Positions 29,382-38,100 of a stretch of DNA of 64,000 nt are shown here, one piece after another. Where the stretch lies: the NCBI GenBank assembly GCA_042568285.1, contig JBHPIX010000001.1, positions 539-64,538 of the forward strand, in the 5' to 3' direction. The notes beneath the pieces are model-generated. The model worked only from the letters and a program-made list of their open reading frames with translations, ran no database searches and was not told the origin of the DNA. The first letter of the stretch is position 1, and every line of letters begins with the position of its first letter. Source of the DNA: Patescibacteria group bacterium (lineage in GTDB: Bacteria > Patescibacteriota > Patescibacteriia > JAZDEU01). Both the position numbers and the translations under genes were made by a program.

Positions 29382-31031
29382 ATGAGACAAAATGACAATA
29401 AAATTAAATACTTCCTTTATGCTCGCAAATCTTCTGAAAGCGAAGACAGACAAATTCAATCTATCAAAGACCAAATTGATCGTTTAAATGATTTGGCGAA
29501 AGATTTGGATTTGGAAATAATAAAAACTTTTACAGAAGCGAAATCGGCTAAACAGCCAAACAATAGACCTATCTTTGACGATATGTTAAGCAGAATTGAA
29601 AAAGGAGATGCTGATGGGATATTGTGCTGGCAAATCAACCGCTTATCAAGAAATCCTGTTGATAGCGGTAAAATAAACTGGTTACTACAACAAGGAACTA
29701 TTAAAGCAATACAAACCATTGATAAACAATATCTCCCAGAAGATAATGTTTTGATGTTTAGCGTGGAAAGCGGAATGGCAAATCAGTTTATTTTGGATTT
29801 AAGAAAAAATACTATAAGAGGCTTGGAGAGCAAAATTCAAAAAGGTTGGTTTCCAAGCAGAGCTCCACAAGGTTATATAAATGATGTGATAGATAAAATT
29901 ATTATCAAAGACCCAGAAAGATTTAATTTAGTAAGAAAAATGTGGGATTTGATGTTGACTGGGAGTTATCAACCGCCCAAAATATTGGACATAGTTACTG
30001 ATGAATGGGGATATTTAACAAGGAAAACAAAAAGAGGCGGAGGCAAACCAATGTCAAAAAGTGAAATTTACAGAATATTTAATGACCCGTTTTATTATGG
30101 CTGTTTTAAATATAAAGACAAAATTTATAAAGGCAAGCATAATCCAATGATAACAGTTGATGAATATGAGAGGGTGCAGGAACTTTTAGGCAGAAAGGAT
30201 AAGCCAAAACAAAAGACCCACGAATTTGCTTTTACTGGGATTATTAGGTGCGGTAATTGCGGATGTTTAGTTACTGCCGAAGAAAAGAAAAAATTTATTA
30301 AAAGCACAAAAGAATATGCGACTTATACTTATTATCGTTGCACCAGAAGAAAAAGGGAAGTTAAATGCAAAGAGCCGACAATAAATTTAGATAATTTGCA
30401 AAATCAGATTATTAATGAAATTGATAAATATACTATTCCCCCAGAGTTTAGGGATTGGGCATTAGAGGTAATAAAAGGAAATAATGAAAAGGAAATAGAA
30501 ACTCGCAATCAAGCTTATGAAATGCTTAATAAAAAATATTTGGATTTACAAAAACAGTTAGATAATTTAACCAAATTGAGATTAAGAGATTTGATTAGTG
30601 ATGAGGAGTTTGTCAAAGAAAGAAAAGAATTGCAAAATCAAGTTATTAAAGTTAGAGAAAAATTAAATCAAAATCAAGATAGAGGGCAAAATTGGGTTGA
30701 TTTAATTGAAAGGGCTTTTAATTTTGCGACTTTGGCAAGAGAGAAATTTATAAACGGCGATTTACAGACTAAAAGAGAAATATTATCGGCATTAGGGCAA
30801 ACTTACACATTAAAGGGAGGTAAATTATACATTGAACCAATAGAATGGTTAGCTCCCATTTCTAACCTTGCTAAAATTGAACAAGATGAGGTTGTGAGGT
30901 TAGAACCAGCTAATTTTCGCTTAAATAAAGCAAAAAACAGGGCTTTAAACCCTGTAATTGCGAATTGGGGTGATAGATGGGATTTGAACCCACGACTTCC
31001 AGTACCACAAACTGGCGCTCTAACCAACTGA
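29382..31031 (+). CDS. large serine recombinase
   Basis: YARKSS catalytic Ser, RLSRN, recombinase domain, Zn ribbon CGNCG..YYRC..C, coiled coil; the last 21 codons overlap the antisense of tRNA-His. Confidence 0.95.
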   Translation: MRQNDNKIKYFLYARKSSESEDRQIQSIKDQIDRLNDLAKDLDLEIIKTFTEAKSAKQPNNRPIFDDMLSRIEKGDADGILCWQINRLSRNPVDSGKINWLLQQGTIKAIQTIDKQYLPEDNVLMFSVESGMANQFILDLRKNTIRGLESKIQKGWFPSRAPQGYINDVIDKIIIKDPERFNLVRKMWDLMLTGSYQPPKILDIVTDEWGYLTRKTKRGGGKPMSKSEIYRIFNDPFYYGCFKYKDKIYKGKHNPMITVDEYERVQELLGRKDKPKQKTHEFAFTGIIRCGNCGCLVTAEEKKKFIKSTKEYATYTYYRCTRRKREVKCKEPTINLDNLQNQIINEIDKYTIPPEFRDWALEVIKGNNEKEIETRNQAYEMLNKKYLDLQKQLDNLTKLRLRDLISDEEFVKERKELQNQVIKVREKLNQNQDRGQNWVDLIERAFNFATLAREKFINGDLQTKREILSALGQTYTLKGGKLYIEPIEWLAPISNLAKIEQDEVVRLEPANFRLNKAKNRALNPVIANWGDRWDLNPRLPVPQTGALTN

Positions 31032-31043
31032 GCTACTATCACC
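30966..31043 (-). tRNA. tRNA-His(GTG)
   Basis: G-1, acceptor GTGATAG/CTATCAC, anticodon arm CCAGT-TTGTGGT-ACTGG, TTCAAAT loop, C73 and encoded CCA. Confidence 0.97.
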
Positions 31044-31069
31044 ATAATTTAATTTTAGATTGTAAATAG

Positions 31070-31141
31070 TGTCTCCGGAGGGAATCGAACCCCCATAACC
31101 AGCTTAGAAGGCTGGTGTTCTATCCGTTGAACTACGGAGAC
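31070..31141 (-). tRNA. tRNA-Arg(TCT)
   Basis: acceptor GTCTCCG/CGGAGAC, anticodon arm CCAGC-CTTCTAA-GCTGG, TTCGATT loop; CCA not encoded. Confidence 0.95.
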
Positions 31142-31162
31142 ATATTATATAATAAATTTTAT

Positions 31163-31323
31163 GGAATCGCCCGCTAATACAGCGGGCGCTCGCCGTGGTG
31201 GCGAGCGAACCCCCATAACCAGCTTAGAAGGTTTGCCTCTCCGTAGCTTTAGCGTAGGCGGGTTGGTGTTCTATCCTCCTTCGCTAAAGCTACGGCGGAC
31301 AAAGTCCGTTGAACTACGAGCGC
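31163..31323 (-). pseudogene. second tRNA-Arg(TCT) copy interrupted by three hairpin insertions
   Basis: blocks matching 31081-31136 separated by 38-, 31- and 31-bp inserts. Confidence 0.8.
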
Positions 31324-31376
31324 ATTTTATAACTGTATATAAAACTTATCAGAAAAGATTGTGATTGTCAATTTAA

Positions 31377-34040
31377 TTAACTTCTCAACTTCTTTTCAGC
31401 CTCTTCAAATTTAATACTTAACAACCTTGAAATGCCGTCATCTCCCATTGAAACTCCGTATAATAATTTTGCTTTTTGCATAGTTGCCCTGTTATGAGTT
31501 ATAACAATAAATTGAGATTTATTGGATAATTCACCAATTATTTTAGCGAGATTATGTGAATTTGCTTCATCAAGAGCCGCGTCTACTTCATCCAAAACAA
31601 TAAATGGGGAAGGGTTATTTGAAATAATAGCGCAAAGTAGCGCGATCGCGGTAAGCGCTCTTTCACCTCCTGATAGCATATTTATACTGTTGATTTTTTT
31701 TCCAGGAGGCGCTGCTTGTATTTCAATGCCAAATACAACTTTTTGTTTGTAAATTTTTAATGGATTTTTTTCTTTTACATCATTATTTTCTGCGATTATA
31801 TTTTCTTCTGATTCTGATGTTTGTTGGTTTTCTTCAGTTTCTTTTTCATCTTCCGCAATTTTTATTAAATTAGATTTGCCACCACCGAATAGAAGACTAA
31901 AATATTTTTGAAATTCTTTATTTATGGCATTAAATGATTTTTCAAATTTATTTTTAATAGTTAAATCAAGTTCTTTAATAATTTTTTCAAGGGAAGTAAT
32001 CGCTTTGCTTAAGTCTGTTGTTTGTTCTGATAAAAAAGTAAACCTTTCTTTTGTCTCTGTATATTCAGTTTTTGTTTCAGGATCAATTCCTCCAATAAAT
32101 TCTAATTGTTCCTTTATTTTTTTAATTTGCGGAAGCAGGTTTTCAGGGTGTTCTATAAATTCAAAATTTTCGCTTGTAAGGTGAATTTCATCTTGTTTTA
32201 TTTCATACATTAAATCCTCTTTTTTTGTTGTGATTTTTGCCAGCTCAATTCTAATTGTATTAGTTTCTTCAGACAGCTTATTAAATTTCATTTGATGCTC
32301 CTGATATTGTTTTTGCAGTTCAAACAAGTTTTCTTTTTTTATTTCTTCTTTTATATTAAATTCGTTTATTGCATTTTTTAATTTATTGATTTTTTTGTCT
32401 AATTCTGAAATTTGATTTTCTATTTTTTGATTTTTCGCTTCTAATTCTTTTAATTTTTGTTGTTCATTAACTGGTTTTTCTTTAGCTTCGGAAATTTCAC
32501 GAAATAAATTTTTTTCTTCCGTTTCCATTTTTTGCAATGATTCTTTGAGAGTTTTCTCCCTTTCTTTTTTACCATTAATTTCTATTAGCAGTTTATTAAA
32601 CGAAGCAATAATGTTTTCTCTTTCTTGAATGGCGATTTTAACATTATCTTTGGCGATTAGAATTTTTTGGGCGTTTTGGTCATCTTTTGGGCATAATTCT
32701 TTTAGTATTTCGTTTAAATTTTTGTCTATTTGCTTCGCTTCTTTTATTATATTATTTAACTCTTCTATATCTTTGGCTGATTCTAATTTTTTTACTAAAT
32801 TTTGATAAGAATAATATATCAAAGAGATGCTTTTTTCTAATTCTTTATCGTTTATCTTTTTTACATTATTATTCGCCTGCAAGTTATCAAGGCATTCTTG
32901 CGCCTTTTGTTCATCTTTCGTCGCTTTTTCTTTTTTTTCGCTAATTTTTTTAATGTTTCTATCTAACCTTGAGATTATATCAGAAATTGATGATATGGAA
33001 TCTTCTATTTTTTCTTTTTCTTTTTTAATCTCGTCATATTTTTTTTCCAGCCAAATTAAATTTACTTTTCCAATTTTTTTATACTCTATTTCTTTATTTC
33101 CTTTTATAACAGCTTGTTGTCTTAATAGTAGATTTTTTTCATCAATTAAGATGTCATATTTATTTCTAAGAATATTAAATGCCTCTGATCGTGTTTCTTC
33201 CTCTTTTTGTTTTTGTATGGCTGTTTCTATTGCATGCAATTCTTTCTTTAACTCATTTTCTTGTTTAATTAGTATATCTAAGTCAGTTTGAACGGTTTCT
33301 TGATGAGAGTTTAATTGTTTTTTTATAGTTCCGTAATAATTTAGTTGTAATTTTCTTAGATTAGAAGTTAAGCTTTCTCGTTTTTCTAATTTTTTCATTT
33401 GCCTTGTAAGAGATTTTAGGCGAGGGTCAATTTCTTTAAGCAGAAGATCTGTTTGCGATAAATTATCATGAGCATTAATTAGTTTATTTAATGATTGATT
33501 TCTTTTAATTTGATATTCTTTAACTCCTGCGGCTTCATCAAAAAATTCTTTTCTTTCATTCGGAGGCGCAATGAGAAAATAGTCTATCATTCCTTGACCG
33601 ATAACGCTGTAAGTCCTTTGCCCAATTTGAGCTTTTGCTAAAAGCATTTGGATGTCTAACAGTCTAACTTTATTTTTATTAATTAAATATTCGCTTTCTC
33701 CATTTCTGTATAGTCGTCTTGTTAAAACAAGCTCAGAATAATCAATTGGCGCTTTGCCGCTTTCATTATTCAAATACAAAGAAACTTCGGCAAATCCAAG
33801 CCGAGTTTTTTTATCAGATCCAGCAAAAATAACATCTTCGCTTTTTTTCCCGCGTAGAGTTTTTAAGCTTTGTTCCCCGAGAACCCATCTTATTGCGTCT
33901 GCAATATTAGATTTGCCACTCCCATTAGGACCGACAATGGCTGTAATAGTATGCTCATCAGCTTTTTCTTTTGGGAATTGCAGGACAGTTTTTTCAGCAA
34001 ATGATTTGAATCCTTTTATTTCTATTTTCTGTAAATACAT
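31377..34040 (-). CDS. smc: SMC-family chromosome segregation ATPase (short form)
   Basis: GFKSF, GPNGSGKSN, LSGGE, LDEVDAALD, ITH; long coiled coils. Confidence 0.93.
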   Translation of the reverse strand: MYLQKIEIKGFKSFAEKTVLQFPKEKADEHTITAIVGPNGSGKSNIADAIRWVLGEQSLKTLRGKKSEDVIFAGSDKKTRLGFAEVSLYLNNESGKAPIDYSELVLTRRLYRNGESEYLINKNKVRLLDIQMLLAKAQIGQRTYSVIGQGMIDYFLIAPPNERKEFFDEAAGVKEYQIKRNQSLNKLINAHDNLSQTDLLLKEIDPRLKSLTRQMKKLEKRESLTSNLRKLQLNYYGTIKKQLNSHQETVQTDLDILIKQENELKKELHAIETAIQKQKEEETRSEAFNILRNKYDILIDEKNLLLRQQAVIKGNKEIEYKKIGKVNLIWLEKKYDEIKKEKEKIEDSISSISDIISRLDRNIKKISEKKEKATKDEQKAQECLDNLQANNNVKKINDKELEKSISLIYYSYQNLVKKLESAKDIEELNNIIKEAKQIDKNLNEILKELCPKDDQNAQKILIAKDNVKIAIQERENIIASFNKLLIEINGKKEREKTLKESLQKMETEEKNLFREISEAKEKPVNEQQKLKELEAKNQKIENQISELDKKINKLKNAINEFNIKEEIKKENLFELQKQYQEHQMKFNKLSEETNTIRIELAKITTKKEDLMYEIKQDEIHLTSENFEFIEHPENLLPQIKKIKEQLEFIGGIDPETKTEYTETKERFTFLSEQTTDLSKAITSLEKIIKELDLTIKNKFEKSFNAINKEFQKYFSLLFGGGKSNLIKIAEDEKETEENQQTSESEENIIAENNDVKEKNPLKIYKQKVVFGIEIQAAPPGKKINSINMLSGGERALTAIALLCAIISNNPSPFIVLDEVDAALDEANSHNLAKIIGELSNKSQFIVITHNRATMQKAKLLYGVSMGDDGISRLLSIKFEEAEKKLRS

Positions 34041-34216
34041 AGTTATATTTTACAATATATAACTTTGTAAAGCAAGGATATTTTTTATTGCCAGTCCTCT
34101 TGACGGATTCTGCATAAAAGCATAAGATAAAGCCAACAAGAAAGGGGGGGATAGCTCATTAAAAATATTGTATAACAAAAATTTATTTAAAACATTTAAG
34201 CTTAAAGGAGAAAAAG

Positions 34217-34837
34217 ATGGCAATTGAAAGAGCTTTAATAAGCGTATCAGATAAAACAGGAATAGTGAAATTTGCAAAAGAGCTGATAGAGTTGACTGGA
34301 TGTGACATTATTTCAACAGGAGGGACAGCTGAAATTTTACTGGAGGATGGTATTCCAATAATTCCAATTAAAAATGTTTAAGGCAATCCAGAATCTTTTG
34401 GCGGAAGAATGAAAACTATTAGTTTTGAAGTTGAATCCGCTATTTTGTATAGACGCAACAATGAAATGGATGTTTCAGACGCTGATGCGTTAGGCATTAT
34501 GCCAATTGATATAGTTATATGCAATCTATATCCTTTTGAAAGAACTATCGCGCGTCCAGATTGCACATTTGAACAGGCAATTGAAAATATTGATATTGGC
34601 GGACCGACAATGTTGCGCGCCGCAGCTAAAAATTATCAGGATGTGGTTGTTGTTATAGATCCTTATGATTATTATACTATAATAAAAGAGTTGAGAGACC
34701 GAAAGGGAAGTATTTCCATTGAAACCAGAGAACAGTTAATGCTAAAAGTGTTTGCGCGAACAAAAAATTATGATACTGCGATTTATAATTATTTAAACCA
34801 ACAATATTTAAACCAAGAATTAGGGAATGCTTATTGA
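34217..34837 (+). pseudogene. purH: stand-alone IMP cyclohydrolase (PurH N-terminal MGS-like) domain with an in-frame TAA at 34379-34381
   Basis: [18 protein letters not shown], then *GNPESFGGRMKT, CNLYPF, IENIDIGGPTMLRAAAKN, all in one frame. Confidence 0.85.
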
Positions 34838-34890
34838 TTCAAAATTGTGATATTATTTTCTCCACTAAAAAATTGTTCTGTCTAAACTAT

Positions 34891-34927
34891 AAAGCCCCAA
34901 GGCATTTATGCGATTGGGGCTTTTTTT
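34891..34927. terminator. intrinsic terminator
   Basis: AAAGCCCCAA...TTGGGGCTTTTTTT. Confidence 0.75.
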
Positions 34928-35020
34928 ATTTTTATTTTTGAATTTTAAAATCCCCCTGTCCCCCCTTATAAAGGGGGGAACTATCTAATAAATCCTGTGG
35001 CATAATTTTTTTCTGCTACT

Positions 35021-35084
35021 GGATCCCGTGTCAATCCCGCCGAATCGGCCTGCCTGCCGGTAGGCAAGGCAAGCACGGGATGAC
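35021..35084. repeat. family A arm with nested loop inserts
   Basis: GGATCCCGTGTCAA[..CCGCCGAATCGG CCTGCCTGCCGGTAGGCAAGG..]GCACGGGATGAC. Confidence 0.85.
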
Positions 35085-35114
35085 AATCCGTGTCCATCCG
35101 TTTCTAATCTGTGT

Positions 35115-38100
35115 CTATCCGTCTTGAGCCCGTCTTTTCCAAACCAAGACTCCCAGCACGACAGCTAAAATCCCAACCGCTATAGATAAAACCCACTGTA
35201 ATATTTTTTTTATGCCGATAGCGCGATCAGCGTCTTTTTGTAAATTTTCTATTGTTTGCGCCAGTTTTATTTCAGGCACTTCCTCAACTGTTTCTTGCTC
35301 AGAAATTTCATCTACATTTAAAGAAATTTCAATATCCTCTTCGCCTTCCAAATCTACGCCGATAACTTCTGTCTCCCATTCGCCGTCTTCGGGATCTTCA
35401 ACAACCACAATTGCTCCCATGCCGTCCTGCATGGGCTCGCCTGAATATTTTTTTCCAGACGGACTTATTAAAGCAAACTCAATAACTGGTTTGTCTTCAG
35501 CCATCGCTGGCGAGATATTCCAGAGCCTATCAGACTCTCTAAAGTGCTTTTTGTCATTCCGCGCTTGATGTCCGCCTAGGCTCGACTCCGCCTCGGATCG
35601 CCGAGTGCGAGACGGGATAGTCGAGACTGGCGGAATCCAGTTAGTTAATCTGGATTGCAAAATTTCTGGATCCCGCGTCAAGCGCGGGATGACATTCCCA
35701 GAATACTCTGATAGTAACGCGGACCCAAACCTCATAACCCCAGTTAAAATTTGCCTGCCCCCGCTTCTAACCGCCTCCGCTGTTTGGCGCGCAGTTTCTT
35801 CTACTCTCTCACCAGTTTCAATAATGGTTTTAGCGGCTTCTTCCGCTATATTTTCAGCTGTTTCAACAGCTTGCTCTGTTTTTTCCTGAATTGCGTCCCG
35901 CATCGCTTCGCCAGTTTGACTTGTCGCCTGTACTACAAATTTTTTTGTTTTCTTAACTCCTCTAACGAGAGTGGTCTTTGTTGTATTTGCTACTTGCCTA
36001 AAAATATTCACCATTTCATTGGATATTCTATCAGCTTCTCTTGTAAATTCATAAGCTAAATTACCTCCTTTTACAATAGCATTATCAATAGAAGCTCCCA
36101 ACGGTCTCATTGACTGATAAACTGATTCCAGATCAATAATCTCTTGGGTTCCCGGAATACGGATTACTGAATGGCAATCACCGATAGTGGCTTCGCACCA
36201 ATCACTCGCGGTATTATGATAAATTGCGAACATCTTTCCTTCTGAATATATACCGAAAATCGCCTTGCCATAAAGTCCAGCGATATTAATGCCGTCAGTC
36301 GCTAATTTTAATTTGTCATTAATATCTCTGGCGAAATCGCTAACTTTTTCAAAAACATCGCCAAAAATAGTTTCCTTGCCTAATAAACTGGCGCCCCAAT
36401 CTACTGCCGCGCCAGCTAATCCAAGCTGATCCATTAGCTTGCCAAAATTTGTGGTAGTATCAATTAATTGGTTGCCCATATTTTTGCTTTTATCAAAAAT
36501 ATTGTCATTATTGTAAACAAAATTTTTCTCTGCTATTAATGCTTCTCTGATTTGATTAATTTTTGTTTGATATCCATAATAAGGAACATCGCTATTTGGC
36601 ACAGCTCCAACAAATTTATTTTGATGCCATATAGCAACTTGATAATCAACCATTTGGTTAGAAACAGCTTCTTTAAAATTCGTCATAAAAGCTAATTTAT
36701 ATAAATTTTTATATTTATGTTTTACAGTCTTTTCTAATTCATCCATATAGCGCTTCAAACTTCCCTGCGAGTTTTCAAACGCCCTGTCAGCTTCCATTTT
36801 AAAATCCGCGATTTGCGCGGAACTTTCTATTCCCAAACTATTCAATACAGATTCCAAACTATGTCCTTCCAACTGTCCTCCTACTAATTCAGTAGCGGCA
36901 GTTAATTTATCCGCGACACCTCTTAAATTTACATTAAGTTTTCCTGACAAGCTATTTAATCTTTGGTGCGCGACAATCTTCGCTTTAAACAATAAGAACG
37001 TTCTCATCAACTGCCATGTCGCTTCTCCAAGAACATCCGCCATTTCTGTTCCTGCCTCAATAGTCGCAACTCCTAATTTTTCTATGGCAATAGAACTTTT
37101 TAATAAAGCGATTGCTTTTACTTTATTGCCCCCGTCCTTTTCTTCTTCTACGGAAATCATTAAGGTTCTATGCATATCATGCGGGCTAAAATTACCTTCC
37201 AGTCCAGGCACATATTTTTTATCATTTAATGGCATTATACTTCCATAAATATTGCTATACTCATTAATATATTCAATTACATTTTCTTCCATCGCGCATT
37301 TTTTTTCCCAGCAAAAATCAGACTTGCATTGCGAACTTTCAGAACATGCGTCGCCATTATTAAACAATAAACATTCTCTTCTTGTTGTGGCGCAGTCAGG
37401 ACATGAACAATCTTCATTATCCTGGCATTCTCCATCACCGCACCAAGTGTATCCTAGGGGTCTGCATACAGACTCTACGCAATTATTTGATGCGCAGTCT
37501 TGTTGCTCGTCACAACTTTGTCCGTTTTCTTTTTTAACTTCTTCTTCCTCTCGCTCTTCTGCACCTTCTTCCACTTTTAATTCATCTTCTACTCCATTCT
37601 CATCGTTCCCCTCTTGAGAGGGGTCAGGGGTGTGTTCTGTTTCAGCAGAAACACTTACCCTTAATTTTACACCTATAGCTTCAATTGTAGTGTAATGATA
37701 GAATTTAACTGTATTAGATCCAGCTTGAAAAAACTTTGTGGCGTCAATCCATTTATTTAAACCGCTTGCTTCTGTCACATTTTTTCCAAGCGAAGCATCA
37801 TAAACTTGTCCGTTTGACGATGAATATGGAGAAAATTCCCAAACTGTTTTATCATTCACTTTTACATATCCATTTTTTCCCATATATTTTTTAACATAGT
37901 TAGAACTGTTCTTAGCATAATGGGTAATTTCTACTTTGGTAAACCGGCTCGGAAGATTAACTGTCCATATATGAGGCGCGCGCGAAGCTGGAATAACTCC
38001 TCCGTCTTTCATTTCTCCACTTGATCCAAATGACATAGAATTTATTGCTGTAAATTCATCATCCTCGCACTGTCCGCAATCTTTTACGCAATCAACGCAT

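Larger units (their letters stand above)
20731..30971. mobile_element. integrative element (serine recombinase plus primase; satellite/IME-like) inserted at the 3' end of tRNA-His
   Basis: TTGGGGT core at 20731-20737 and 30965-30971; recombinase, primase-helicase, HTH and cargo genes between them. Confidence 0.82.

Noticed and set aside
30803-31364. ORFs 30803-31045 (-) and 31161-31364 (+)
   Set aside because: They are translations of tRNA-His and of the interrupted tRNA-Arg copy.
34379-34381. Stop-codon reassignment (e.g. genetic code 25)
   Set aside because: TGA and TAA both terminate conserved genes at expected positions and RF2 is present; only one internal stop was seen.
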